From an uncultured Thermoleophilia bacterium (GTDB taxonomy: Bacteria > Actinomycetota > Thermoleophilia > Solirubrobacterales > 70-9): 64,000 bases of DNA. The stretch lies in the NCBI GenBank assembly GCA_963708325.1, contig OY970203.1:2172642-2236641 (forward strand). The letters are read 5' to 3'. Positions 46,589 through 56,194 of this stretch are shown here, in pieces (position 1 is the first letter of the stretch; every line of letters starts with the position of its first letter). A model generated the notes under the pieces. The model saw only the letters and a program-made list of their open reading frames with translations. It was not told where the DNA came from and searched no databases. A program made the position numbers and the translations under genes.

Positions 46589-47446
46589 ATGACGACGACT
46601 AAGAGAACGAACTGGGCGGCAGGAATCCGCACGACGATCCTGCTCGCGAGCCTCACCGGCCTGCTGGTCGTGATCGGCGCCGTCATCGGCGGACCGAGCA
46701 CGGCGCTGTTGTTCCTGTTCATCGGCCTGGCGATCAACCTCGGCACCTACTGGTTCAGCGACAAGCTGGCGCTGAAGATGAGCGGCGCCAAGCCGATCGA
46801 GGAGTCCGAGGCGCCGCGCCTCTACCAGATGGTCCGCGAGCTGTGCACGCGCGCCGACCTGCCGATGCCGCGGCTCTACATGATTCCCCAGGACCAGCCG
46901 AACGCGTTCGCCACCGGTCGCAACCCGAAGCACGCCGCCGTGGCGGTCACCCGCGGGATCACGAAGCTGCTCTCAGAGGACGAGCTGCGAGGGGTGATCT
47001 CGCACGAGCTGTCTCACATCCGTCATCGCGACACGCTGATCCAGGCGGTCGCGGCGGCGATCGGCGGCGCGATCACCTGGATCGCCTACATGCTGCTCTG
47101 GTTCGGCGGCGACGACGAGTCTCCGCTGGGTCTGGTCGCCTCCCTGGCGCTGTTCCTGCTGGCTCCGATCGCGGCGTCGATCATCCAGCTCGCGATCTCG
47201 CGCCAGCGCGAGTACTCGGCCGACGCCAGCGGCGCCGAGATCTGCGGCAACCCCGAGTCCCTGGCCAGCGCGCTGCTGCGGCTGGAGGAGGGGGCGAAGG
47301 CGGTGCCGATGCAGGTCAACCAGGCGGCCGAGCCCCTCTACATCGTCAAGCCCTTCTCGGGCGGCGGCGTGTCCCGGCTCTTCTCGACGCATCCCCCGAT
47401 CGAGGAGAGGGTCCGCCGGCTGCGCCAGATGCGCCCGAGCCTGTAG
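46589..47446 (+). CDS. htpX: Zinc metalloprotease HtpX (M48)
   Basis: 285 aa from the ATG at 46589, preceded by AAGGAGA. HELSHIRHRD, EYSADASGAE, STHPPIEERV and TM helices. Confidence 0.9.
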   Translation: MTTTKRTNWAAGIRTTILLASLTGLLVVIGAVIGGPSTALLFLFIGLAINLGTYWFSDKLALKMSGAKPIEESEAPRLYQMVRELCTRADLPMPRLYMIPQDQPNAFATGRNPKHAAVAVTRGITKLLSEDELRGVISHELSHIRHRDTLIQAVAAAIGGAITWIAYMLLWFGGDDESPLGLVASLALFLLAPIAASIIQLAISRQREYSADASGAEICGNPESLASALLRLEEGAKAVPMQVNQAAEPLYIVKPFSGGGVSRLFSTHPPIEERVRRLRQMRPSL

Positions 47447-47493
47447 GTGATGGACCCGATTCTCTAGCGAATCACGCGGAGCATTCGCAGAGC

Positions 47494-47519
47494 GACGGGG
47501 CGCCGAGAGGCGCCCCGTC
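47494..47519. terminator. Perfect 11-bp GC hairpin between convergent genes
   Basis: GACGGGGCGCC-GAGA-GGCGCCCCGTC, between the htpX stop (47446) and the stop of the reverse gene (47566). There is no clear U-tract, as is common in high-GC genomes. Confidence 0.55.
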
Positions 47520-47565
47520 ATCGTTCCGGGACGCGCCCCGTCCCGCCGCAGGGTGGAGTTGATGT

Positions 47566-48102
47566 CTAGACGTCGAACGCGAGCTGGTCGAGGTGGATGC
47601 GGCCCCGCCCGCGGGCGCGTCGCCGGCGGTGCTCCAGCGCGTCGGCGTAGGCCCCGTGGGTGGCGCGGCCGGGCTCGATGCCGCGGACCCCGAACCCCTC
47701 CCGCATCGCCCTGCGCATCACGCGCCTGAACTCCCGCCCGTGCCAGCGCCGGCGCCCCGGCTGCTCGCCCACGAACAGGTGGACCAGCTCGTGCAGCAGC
47801 GTCTCCTCGACGTCGCCCCGGCGCACCCCCGGATAGGCCGTCACCGAGATCCGCCATTCGGCGGGGATCGCGAATCCGAGGCTGCTCCGCGGACGGGCGG
47901 AGGCGCGGCGCACCCGCAGCAGCGGGCACCGTCGCGCCAGTGGCCCGTCGGGCCCGCCGAACACAGGCAGGCGCGCGAGGCGCTCCATCTCGGCGGCCAG
48001 GTCGATGCCGGCGACCACGTGGTCGCGGCGCGCCGGCGTGTCGTCCGCGGGCTCGGGCACGGGGCGGGCATCATCACCGTGCGCGCGGCGGCAGATCCCC
48101 AT
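47566..48102 (-). CDS. Hypothetical HExxH zinc-metallopeptidase-like protein (SprT/WLM-like)
   Basis: 178 aa from the ATG at 48102, with TLLHELVHLFVGE. The track's longer ORF adds a low-complexity Ser-rich extension. Confidence 0.45.
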   Translation of the reverse strand: MGICRRAHGDDARPVPEPADDTPARRDHVVAGIDLAAEMERLARLPVFGGPDGPLARRCPLLRVRRASARPRSSLGFAIPAEWRISVTAYPGVRRGDVEETLLHELVHLFVGEQPGRRRWHGREFRRVMRRAMREGFGVRGIEPGRATHGAYADALEHRRRRARGRGRIHLDQLAFDV

Positions 48103-48160
48103 CCAACGGCTATACTTTATGAAGTATTGAAACCGGATCGAGATTGGGAGAATTGAGCAG

Positions 48161-49345
48161 ATGGCGACCACCGAGCCGCTCGAGCTGATCAAGAGCAGGA
48201 TCGAGGAGGTCGATCTCGCCACCGCACGCGACGAGATCGAGTCCGGCGACGTCGTGCTGGTTGACACCCGCGAGCCGAACGAGTGGGACGACGCCCACAT
48301 CGAGGGCGCCACCCTGGTCCCCCCGGACCAGGTCGCCGAGCGGATCGGCGAGGTGGCCCCTGACCACTCCGCGCGCGTGCTCCTCTACTGCGCGAGCGGC
48401 AACCGCTCGGCCCGCGCCGCCGACCTGATCAAGCGCGAGCTGGGCTACACCAACGCGGCCTCCGTCGCGGGCGGCATCCAGGCATGGCAGGACGTGGGGC
48501 TTCCCGTCGTCGAGGCGGCCGGACTGACCCGCGACCAGCGGATGCGCTACTCGCGCCACACGCTTCTTCCAGAGGTCGGCGTGGAGGGCCAGCTCAAGCT
48601 GCTCGACTCGAAGGTGCTCCTGCTGGGAGCCGGAGGGCTCGGGTCGCCGACGGCGCTCTACCTGGCGGCCGCCGGCGTCGGCACGATTGGAATCGTCGAC
48701 GACGACGTGGTCGACGAGTCCAACCTGCAGCGGCAGGTGATCCACGCGACCGACCGTGTCGGCATGGCCAAGACCGAGTCCGCGCGCCAGTCGATCGAGG
48801 CGCTCAACCCCGACGTCGAAGTCGTCGAGCACCGCACCCGCCTGGACGCCTCGAACATCCTCGAGATCATCAAGGGCTACGACGTGATCGTCGACGGCGC
48901 CGACAACTTCCCCACCCGCTACCTGCTCAACGACGCATCGGTGCGGCTGCGCAAGCCGGTCGTATCGGCGTCGATCCTCGCCTTCGACGGCCAGATCTCG
49001 ACGTTCGTCCCCTTCGAGGGCCCCTGCTACCGCTGCCTGTACCCGACTCCGCCGCCCGCCGAGCTGGCGCCGAGCTGCGGCGCCGCCGGCGTGCTCGGCG
49101 TGATGGCCGGGATCATGGGGCTGCTCCAGGCCAACGAGGTGATCAAGCTGGTCACCGGGATCGGCGAGCCGCTCGTCGGCCGGCTGCTGCTGTACGAGTC
49201 GCTTTCCACCCGGTTCACCGAGCTGAAGGTCAAGCGCGACCCCGAATGCCCGATCTGCGGGCCCGACGCCGCCGAGGTGCCCGAGTCGGAGATGGGCAAG
49301 TTCCCCGACTACGAGCTGTTCTGCGCCGGCACCGCCGTAGGGTAG
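48161..49345 (+). CDS. Rhodanese-MoeB/ThiF fusion (sulfur-carrier-protein adenylyltransferase/sulfurtransferase, MoeZ-like) with N-terminal rhodanese
   Basis: 394 aa. Rhodanese active loop LLYCASGNRSARAA at the N-terminus, then LLLGAGGLGSPTALYLAAAGVGTIGIVDDDVVDESNLQRQ and zinc CxxC pairs (CYRC, CPIC). Confidence 0.85.
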   Translation: MATTEPLELIKSRIEEVDLATARDEIESGDVVLVDTREPNEWDDAHIEGATLVPPDQVAERIGEVAPDHSARVLLYCASGNRSARAADLIKRELGYTNAASVAGGIQAWQDVGLPVVEAAGLTRDQRMRYSRHTLLPEVGVEGQLKLLDSKVLLLGAGGLGSPTALYLAAAGVGTIGIVDDDVVDESNLQRQVIHATDRVGMAKTESARQSIEALNPDVEVVEHRTRLDASNILEIIKGYDVIVDGADNFPTRYLLNDASVRLRKPVVSASILAFDGQISTFVPFEGPCYRCLYPTPPPAELAPSCGAAGVLGVMAGIMGLLQANEVIKLVTGIGEPLVGRLLLYESLSTRFTELKVKRDPECPICGPDAAEVPESEMGKFPDYELFCAGTAVG

Positions 49346-49377
49346 GCCCGGGCGCCGCTCCAATAGGCTTTTCGCCG

Positions 49378-49656
49378 ATGCCGATGGTGAGGATCCCGCC
49401 GGTGCTGCGCGCCCAGACCGGCAACGAGTCCGAGGTGAGCGTGGACGGCGCCACCGTCGGGGACGCCCTGCGCGCCCTCGCCGATCTCCACCCGGGAACG
49501 AGCGGCCAGCTCTTCTCCCCCGAGGGGGAGCTCAACCGCTACGTCAACGTCTACCTCAACGACGAGGACGTCCGCGTGCTCGACGGCCTCGACACCCCCG
49601 TCTCCGAGCAGGACACCGTCGTGATCCTGCCGGCGATGGCCGGCGGGACCGCCTAG
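49378..49656 (+). CDS. MoaD/ThiS/CysO-family sulfur carrier (ubiquitin-like) protein
   Basis: 92 aa immediately after the E1-like gene. It ends ...VVILPAMAGGTA-stop, a Gly-Gly followed by two extra residues. An alternative ATG lies at 49384. Confidence 0.75.
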   Translation: MPMVRIPPVLRAQTGNESEVSVDGATVGDALRALADLHPGTSGQLFSPEGELNRYVNVYLNDEDVRVLDGLDTPVSEQDTVVILPAMAGGTA

Positions 49657-51239
49657 GTCGGCGTCCCGCCGCGCGGGCGTGCGGCCGCGGCGACGTGCAG
49701 GGGCAGCACCTTCGCGCCGAAGGTCGAGTGCGGCTCGCGCCGCACCACTCGCAGGGTCTCGCCGTCGCGCCAGCGCTCGGCCATCATCCGCTGCGGCTCG
49801 CCGATCCTCGCCAGCGCCCCCAGCACGGCCGCCACGGCCTCCGACTCCTCCACCTCGCCAACCGCTGGGCTGATCACGATGTCGATCCGCGGCAGGGCCC
49901 CCTCCTCGCCCTCGACGAGCTGGTACTGGGTCGGGGCGCCGCCGAATCGCTCGGGGAGGATCCGGTCGACGATCGTGACGAGCTCCGTGCCGAGGAAGTT
50001 CATCCCCTCGGTGGTGAGCTTCTCGTAGCCGCCGATGTTGCGCAGGTGCGTGGTCAGCCCCAGCTCGCCGACGGGGCACGAGCAGCGGCGCATGTCGATC
50101 TCGGCGGCGTCGCCGACGTCGACGTTGAGCAGGACCTGCGGGCAGCTCGGCAGCAGCGTGGTCAGGTGCAGGACGTCGACCCGGGTGCCGCCGACCTGGC
50201 GGGGCCGGCTGATCGCGGCGAGCTTGTCCGTCAGCAGGTGCACCTCGTCCGTGGTCACCGGGTCGGCGCAGGCCAGCCCGGCCCGGCCCACCTCGCCGAG
50301 CGAGTAGTGGCAGGCGTGGCGTGCGCCGGCGGCCGCGATCGTCGCCGCCTTCGCCTCGGTGGCCGGCTCCCCGCCGACGCGAAAGAAGGTGCCGCCGATG
50401 TCGAGCCCGGCGTCCGCGGCGGCGATGCAGGCGCGCACGGCCGAGCTCCAGGTCGTCTCGATCACAGCCGGCGTTCCGGCGCCGGCGCGGTCCGCCAGCC
50501 ACCGCGCGACCACGGCGGCGCGGTCGAGCGGAACGTGCTCGGGCGCCGGAAGCGGCTTTCCCCAGAGGCGGCTGCCGCGGACCGCGTACTGCGTGAAGAA
50601 GCGGTACTTCAGCTCGGCGGGGCGCCATGACAGCCGGTTCTGGCTGAACCAGCGCTCCGCTCGCAGGCCGAGCTTCGCGTGGCGCAGGTGCGCCTTCATC
50701 CCGGCGTGTCCGGGCGGCACCGGGTGCCAGTTGCCGTAGGGCGCATCGACGAGCCCGAACGACTCGAGGAAGACGCGGTGCTGCGCCGCCTCGTGGGCGA
50801 GCAGGTCGAGGTCGATGTTGATCCGGTTGCCGGCGCTGCGCGAGCCGCCGGTGCGCGCCTGGTAGTGGCGCAGCAGCAGCGGGTTGGTGAAGTCGCGGTG
50901 CCGCGTGCGGATCTCCACGCCGTTGCGGCGGATCGGCACCCGTCCCTTGAACTCGTCGATCGTCACCCGCACGCCGGCGTCGTGCAGCTTGGCCAGCGCT
51001 CCCTCGACGCCGTCGGCGCGGACGAGCGCGTCGAGGTCGCCCAGCTCGACGCCGGCGCCGTCGAGCAGCCGCAGGTAGGGATTGCGCGGGTTGGCGTAGA
51101 TCGCCCGCTCGGCGATCTGCATGAAGGACCACTCGCGCCGCTCCAGCTGCGAGCGGATCATCCGCCGGCAGCCGTCCGGCGAGAGCGGGTCGCGCAGATA
51201 GGCCCGAAGCCCGGTCGCATAGCGGATCGCCGCCCTCAT
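49653..51239 (-). CDS. Hypothetical enzyme, possibly adenylate-forming (PaaK / F390-synthetase-like)
   Basis: 528 aa with protein-like composition and a loose P-loop-like RTGGSRSAGN. The assignment is tentative. Confidence 0.35.
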   Translation of the reverse strand: MRAAIRYATGLRAYLRDPLSPDGCRRMIRSQLERREWSFMQIAERAIYANPRNPYLRLLDGAGVELGDLDALVRADGVEGALAKLHDAGVRVTIDEFKGRVPIRRNGVEIRTRHRDFTNPLLLRHYQARTGGSRSAGNRINIDLDLLAHEAAQHRVFLESFGLVDAPYGNWHPVPPGHAGMKAHLRHAKLGLRAERWFSQNRLSWRPAELKYRFFTQYAVRGSRLWGKPLPAPEHVPLDRAAVVARWLADRAGAGTPAVIETTWSSAVRACIAAADAGLDIGGTFFRVGGEPATEAKAATIAAAGARHACHYSLGEVGRAGLACADPVTTDEVHLLTDKLAAISRPRQVGGTRVDVLHLTTLLPSCPQVLLNVDVGDAAEIDMRRCSCPVGELGLTTHLRNIGGYEKLTTEGMNFLGTELVTIVDRILPERFGGAPTQYQLVEGEEGALPRIDIVISPAVGEVEESEAVAAVLGALARIGEPQRMMAERWRDGETLRVVRREPHSTFGAKVLPLHVAAAARPRGGTPT

Positions 51240-51296
51240 GCTGTAATCGCGTGTCCCAAGCCAGCGGGATTATCCGTGCCAGCTCCCAAACCGAGC

Positions 51297-52250
51297 ATGC
51301 TCGCCAAGCCGTTCGCAGCCGCCCTCGAGCGCGGCGACATGCGGACACTCGGGATCACCCGCACGTCGCGGATCGCCCGCGCCTGGAACGGGCGCCGCCG
51401 CAGCCGCGTCGACACGCGCCGGGCGGCGCTCGCGAACGGGTTCGACGAGTTGTTGGCAGAGAACGGCCCGCCGGGCCGGACGCCGCCGCGGATCGACGAC
51501 GGGCTGGCGCTGGACGAGTCGGGCTCGCTGCCCCACCTGCAGCGCCTGCTGGACGAGTGCGGGGCAATCGTCGACGAGCGTGGAGGGCGCCATTGGGAGG
51601 ACTACGGCAAGCCCTTCCTGCAGAACATCCTTCCGGCGAACGCCCTCGAGCGCTGCCCTTCGATCCTCGACTTCGCCACCTCGTCCGAGGTGATGGCCGC
51701 GGTGAGCGACTACTTCGGCTACGTGCCGCACCTCTCGGGCGCGCTTCCCAGGGGCGTCCGGCTGATGGAGTCCAGCGTGCGCTTCGATCCCAGCCCGCGG
51801 GGACCGTGGCGGTCCAGCCAGCTCTGGCACCTCGACTACCACAGCTCGCCGACCCTGTACGTGATCGTGCTGCTGCGAGACGTCGGGCCCGGCAACGGGC
51901 CGCTGCACTACCTTCCCCGCTCGCTCTCGGATCGCGCCGCCAGCGCCCTCGATTACGGGTCGCGGCGCTCCCCCTACCGGGTCGGCGACGAGGCGATGGA
52001 CTCCGCGATCGGCCCGGGCCAGGCCCGCCGCCTCTGCGGGGCGGCGGGGACGGTGCTGTTCATCGATTCCAGCGCCTGCTTCCACTTCGGCAGCCGCAAC
52101 CCGGTGGAGGATCGCTACCAGCTCCAGTACGCGTTCGTCTCCCCGGTCCGCAACGACTTCACCGACCTGCTGCGCGACCAGACCTCCTACCCGCTGGAGC
52201 GGGACGCGCCACGGCTGCGCCTGATGGCCCTCGACCGCGAATTCTCCTAG
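51297..52250 (+). CDS. Hypothetical protein, possibly PhyH-type 2OG/Fe(II) oxygenase
   Basis: 317 aa from the ATG at 51297. WHLDYH (HxD) and a downstream CFHFGS His. The upstream part of the track ORF is antisense to the previous gene. Confidence 0.35.
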   Translation: MLAKPFAAALERGDMRTLGITRTSRIARAWNGRRRSRVDTRRAALANGFDELLAENGPPGRTPPRIDDGLALDESGSLPHLQRLLDECGAIVDERGGRHWEDYGKPFLQNILPANALERCPSILDFATSSEVMAAVSDYFGYVPHLSGALPRGVRLMESSVRFDPSPRGPWRSSQLWHLDYHSSPTLYVIVLLRDVGPGNGPLHYLPRSLSDRAASALDYGSRRSPYRVGDEAMDSAIGPGQARRLCGAAGTVLFIDSSACFHFGSRNPVEDRYQLQYAFVSPVRNDFTDLLRDQTSYPLERDAPRLRLMALDREFS

Positions 52251-53809
52251 GGCGCGGCGGTCGAGACCAGCTTGGTCTCGAGGAACTCCTCGATCCCCAT
52301 GCGGCCGCCCTCCTTGCCGATCCCGCTCCGCTTGATCCCGCCGAAGGGGACGTTTGCGGCTCCGGGCAGCGAGTCGTTGATGCCGACTATCCCGAACTCC
52401 AGCCGCTCCGCCAGCCGCCGGGCCCGCTCGGCGTCCGCGGTGTAGGCGAACGCCGCCAGGCCCCACGGCAGCGCATTCGACCGCTCCACCGCATCGTCCT
52501 CCTCCGCGAAGGCGGCGATCGGGGCGACCGGGCCGAACGTCTCGTCGCGCATCACCAGCGCGTCCTCGGGGACGGCGCCCAGCACGGTGGGCTCGAACCA
52601 CAGCCCGGATCCCATGTCGAAGGCGCTCCGGCGGCCGCCGCAGAGCACGGTCGCGCCCCGTGCCACGGCATCGGCGACGTGAGCCTCGACCCGCGCCAGC
52701 GCCCCGGCGTCGATCAGCGGCCCGATCTCGACCGACTCGTCGAGCGGGTCGCCGAGGCGCAGCTCCCCGGCGAGGGCGACGATGCGGTCGGAGAGCTGGT
52801 CGACAACCGATCGATCGGCGTAGATTCGGTTGACCGCGACGCAGGTCTGGCCCGCGAAGCGGAACTTCGAGCGAACCGCTCCCTCGGCGGCTGCGTCCAG
52901 GTCGGCGTCGGCGAACACGATCAACGGCGCGTGGCCGCCCATCTCCAGGGTGATCCGCTTCGCCTGACCGGCGGCGCCGCGGGACAGGCGCGCGCCCACC
53001 TCGGCTGACCCCGTGAAGCTGATCTTGCGCACGAGCGGGTGGTCGAGCAGCTCGCGGCCGACCGGCTCCGGATCGGCGGCGGTGACAAGGCCGGCGACGC
53101 CCTCCGGCAGGCCGGCGTCGGCGAGCGCGTCCAGCACGGCGGTCGCCGTCAGCGGAGCCTGCTCCGCCGGCTTGACCACGGCCGTGCAGCCGGCTGCGAG
53201 GGCGGCGCCGAGCGGCCGCGTGATCCCGGCGGCGGGGAAGTTCCACACGGTGATCAGCCCGCAGACGCCCACCGGCTGCCTGACGGTGCGAAGCCGCTTG
53301 CCCGGGACGCGGGCGGGGATCTCCTCGCCGCCGACCATGCCCGCCTGCTCGGCGTAGAAGGCGAGGAAGTCGGCGGCGTAGCCGACCTCGCCGCGCGCCT
53401 CGGCCACCGGCTTGCCGGACTCCGCCGCCATCAGGCCCGCGAGCGCGTCCGCCCGCTCCGACAGCAGCTCGCCGGCGCGCACAAGCACAGCGGCGCGCTC
53501 GCCCGGCTGGCGCCCCGACCACGCGGGCAGCGCGGCCGCCGCCGCGTCGACCGCCCCTCTCGTCTCGTCCGTGCCGCAGTCCTGCGCCCGCCCCACCGGC
53601 TCGCCCGTCGCCGGGCTGAGGACCGCGAACGTCGTCTGCCCGGCGCCATCGCGCTCGAGCCGGCGCTTGAGGATCGCCAGCTCCTCCTCGACGTTCGCCA
53701 GCAGCCGTTCGAACGGTCCCGGGTCGCCCTCGCCGGGCTCGACCAGGGTGAACTCGTAGAGCACCGCGTCGCCGGGCCGCTCCAGCAGGCGGGTGGGGGA
53801 GACCCGCAT
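52247..53809 (-). CDS. NAD(P)-dependent aldehyde dehydrogenase (succinate-semialdehyde-DH-like) with N-terminal SRPBCC-like extension
   Basis: ALDH motifs ITLEMGGHAP and FRFAGQTCVAVNR. The frame stays open 105 codons upstream of the ATG at 53809 (see findings). Confidence 0.85.
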   Translation of the reverse strand: MRVSPTRLLERPGDAVLYEFTLVEPGEGDPGPFERLLANVEEELAILKRRLERDGAGQTTFAVLSPATGEPVGRAQDCGTDETRGAVDAAAAALPAWSGRQPGERAAVLVRAGELLSERADALAGLMAAESGKPVAEARGEVGYAADFLAFYAEQAGMVGGEEIPARVPGKRLRTVRQPVGVCGLITVWNFPAAGITRPLGAALAAGCTAVVKPAEQAPLTATAVLDALADAGLPEGVAGLVTAADPEPVGRELLDHPLVRKISFTGSAEVGARLSRGAAGQAKRITLEMGGHAPLIVFADADLDAAAEGAVRSKFRFAGQTCVAVNRIYADRSVVDQLSDRIVALAGELRLGDPLDESVEIGPLIDAGALARVEAHVADAVARGATVLCGGRRSAFDMGSGLWFEPTVLGAVPEDALVMRDETFGPVAPIAAFAEEDDAVERSNALPWGLAAFAYTADAERARRLAERLEFGIVGINDSLPGAANVPFGGIKRSGIGKEGGRMGIEEFLETKLVSTAAP

Positions 53810-54071
53810 CTCGCCCCCGCTGCCGAAGTGGAAGTCGATCGCGCCGCCTCCGCGATCGGTGCGGACCAGCAGGTCGAGCGTGCCGCGTGGCGTGTCGACC
53901 TCCCACCCGTCGCCCCTTGGCCGCGGCCGCGACAGCGCGAAGTCGACCGTCCACAGATGCAGGTTGCGGGGGTCGGCGATGAAGCGCCACGCCCGGTCGA
54001 ATGGAACGTCGATGGCGACGCTCAGCGTCTGCGAGCGGCGCCGCGCGGCTGTTTCCTGGTCGCCCAGAGCC

Positions 54072-55106
54072 TCACCCCGGGCCGCCGACCGCCGCAGCCG
54101 CCGACCGCTCCCGCAGCGACGGCATCACCTCCGCTGCGAACAGCTCCATCGAGCGGGTGCAGAGGGCGTGGTCGAGGGTGATGAAGTTGAGCGTCGCCAG
54201 CAGGTAATCGGTGTCGACGGCGTCGAGCATCTCGCCCAGCCTGGCGGCCACCGTCTCGGGCGCGCCGAGGACGAGGAAGTCGCGGGCGAACGTCTCGAAG
54301 TCGAGCGCCGAGTCGCTGCCGTACTTGGCGCTCAGCGCCTGGCGCAGGTCGGGCGCGCGCTCGGCCATGAACCGCATGAACGGGCCCTCCAGCTCGGCGC
54401 GGGCGCGGGCGTCCGTGTCGGCCACGTAGATGAACCGGTTCACCGACAGCTGTGCGCCGTCGCGCTCGTGCCCCGCCCGCGCCCGCGCGGACCAGAAGCG
54501 ATCGGCCGCCTCCGCCAGCTCGGCGGGCGTGCGGATCGCCCCGACGTAGGCCGAGTAGCCCTCGGCGGCGGCGAAGTCGAGTCGCTCGGGCGAGACCGCG
54601 ACGACGTATATCGGCGGGTGCGGCTCCTGCACCGGCACCGGGAAGACCGACAGCTCCGGGACGCGGAAATGGTCGCCCTCGAAGGGGAAGCCGTCCCCCG
54701 TCCAGGCGCGCGAGATCACCTCGAGAGCCTCTCGGAAGTGGCCCTCGGAGTCCTCGATCGGGCAGTCGAAAACCGCGTGCGCCTCGCTGTCGAGGCTGGC
54801 GCGCGTGACGCCGAAGTCCAGCCGGCCGTCGCTCAGCACGTCGAGCGTCGCCGCGTCCTCGGCGACATGGATCGGGTGGTCGAGCGAGAGGATTCGGGCC
54901 GCCGTGCCGATCCTGATCCGCTCGGTACGGCCGGCGATCGCCGCGCCGGCGGCGAGCGCCGACGGGTAGAGCAGATCTGCGTGGCGGAAGTGGCGCTCCG
55001 CGAGCACGACGGCGTCGAAGCCGAGCTGGTCGGCGCGCTCGGCCTGGGCGAGCACGTCGGCGTAGGAGCCGTCGCGCGTTCCCATCACGAAGATCCCCAG
55101 CCGCAT
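54072..55106 (-). CDS. LLM-class (luciferase-like) flavin-dependent oxidoreductase
   Basis: 344 aa. MRLGIFV...QAERADQLGFDAVVLAERHF...GTAARILSLDHPIHVAEDAATLDVLSDGRLDFGV. Confidence 0.8.
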   Translation of the reverse strand: MRLGIFVMGTRDGSYADVLAQAERADQLGFDAVVLAERHFRHADLLYPSALAAGAAIAGRTERIRIGTAARILSLDHPIHVAEDAATLDVLSDGRLDFGVTRASLDSEAHAVFDCPIEDSEGHFREALEVISRAWTGDGFPFEGDHFRVPELSVFPVPVQEPHPPIYVVAVSPERLDFAAAEGYSAYVGAIRTPAELAEAADRFWSARARAGHERDGAQLSVNRFIYVADTDARARAELEGPFMRFMAERAPDLRQALSAKYGSDSALDFETFARDFLVLGAPETVAARLGEMLDAVDTDYLLATLNFITLDHALCTRSMELFAAEVMPSLRERSAAAAVGGPG

Positions 55107-56155
55107 CAGCCGCCCCCGTTGCGCCCCGCCGAGGTCAGCGCCGGCGACGGCTCGGCGCGCCGCAGCTCGGGCAGCACGCGCTCGACGAACCGCCGCATCG
55201 AGGCGAGGCAGCGCGCGTGGTCGATCGTGAAGTAGTTGAACGTGAGGATGGCGTCGCGCAGGTCGACCTCGTCACCGAGCTCGAGCAGGCGCTCGGCGCA
55301 GTGGTCGGCGTCGCCGAAGACGAAGACCTCGTCGAGCAGCCGATCCCAGGTGATCTCCTCGTCGCTCATGCCGAGGAAGTCGCGGATCACCGAGTCGCGC
55401 CGGCGCATGAACCTCATCACGGTCTCGCGGGTGTCCTCGATCGCCCGCTCGGTCGTCTCGCCGACGTAGACGAACCGGTTGACCGGCAGCCGGATGGCGC
55501 CGGGATCGAAGCCCGAGGCGGCGAGCAGCTCGCGATAGCGCTCCTGGGTGCGGCCGACGAGCGCCGCCGGCTGCGCCCCCGCGAGCAGCAGCGGAAAGCC
55601 GCGGCGGGCGCCGAAGCGAAGCGTGTCGTCGCTGATTCCGACGAGGTGGATCGGCGGGTGCGGCGACTGGGCGGGAAGCGGCGCCACCGTCACCTCCGGG
55701 AACGACCAGTGGCGCCCCGGATGGGCGAACGGCCTGCCCGACCAGGCGGCCAGGATCACGTCGAGCGCCTCCTCGAACCGCTCCCGGGCGTCGGCCGGGT
55801 CGACGCCGAAGCCGGCCTGGTAGAGGTCGTTCTCGCCGATCCGCGCGATCCCGAGGTCGAGCCGCCCGCCGGAGAGCAGGTCCACCGTGGCGGCGTCCTC
55901 GGCGATCCGGATCGGGTGGTCGAGCGGCAGGATGCGGGCCCCGACCCCGATCCGCACGCGCCGAGTCCGCGACGCGACGTAGGCGGCGACCACGAGCGGC
56001 GAGGAGAAGAAGTTGCGGCCCTGGTGGTCGGGGTGGAAGTGGCGCTCGCGCAGCCAGACCGAGTCCAGCCCGGCGGCGTCGGCGTACTCGATCTGGTCGA
56101 GCAGCTCGCGGTAGCCGCAGTCGGCCGATCCGGTGACGTAGAAGCCGACTCTCAT
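55106..56155 (-). CDS. LLM-class flavin-dependent oxidoreductase (paralogue)
   Basis: 349 aa. MRVGFYV...YADAAGLDSVWLRERHF...GARILPLDHPIRIAEDAATVDLLSGGRLDLGI. The stop overlaps the next gene's start. Confidence 0.8.
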   Translation of the reverse strand: MRVGFYVTGSADCGYRELLDQIEYADAAGLDSVWLRERHFHPDHQGRNFFSSPLVVAAYVASRTRRVRIGVGARILPLDHPIRIAEDAATVDLLSGGRLDLGIARIGENDLYQAGFGVDPADARERFEEALDVILAAWSGRPFAHPGRHWSFPEVTVAPLPAQSPHPPIHLVGISDDTLRFGARRGFPLLLAGAQPAALVGRTQERYRELLAASGFDPGAIRLPVNRFVYVGETTERAIEDTRETVMRFMRRRDSVIRDFLGMSDEEITWDRLLDEVFVFGDADHCAERLLELGDEVDLRDAILTFNYFTIDHARCLASMRRFVERVLPELRRAEPSPALTSAGRNGGG

Positions 56156-56194
56156 CGGGCGGTCGCCGCGGTCATCGCTCCGGCGCGGCTGCCG

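Noticed and set aside
51270-53990. 906-aa reverse-strand ORF, the second longest in the track
   Set aside because: It runs off-frame over the ALDH gene and antisense to the PhyH-like gene. The sequence is almost pure Arg/Gly/Ala/Pro, and the ALDH frame carries clear catalytic motifs instead.
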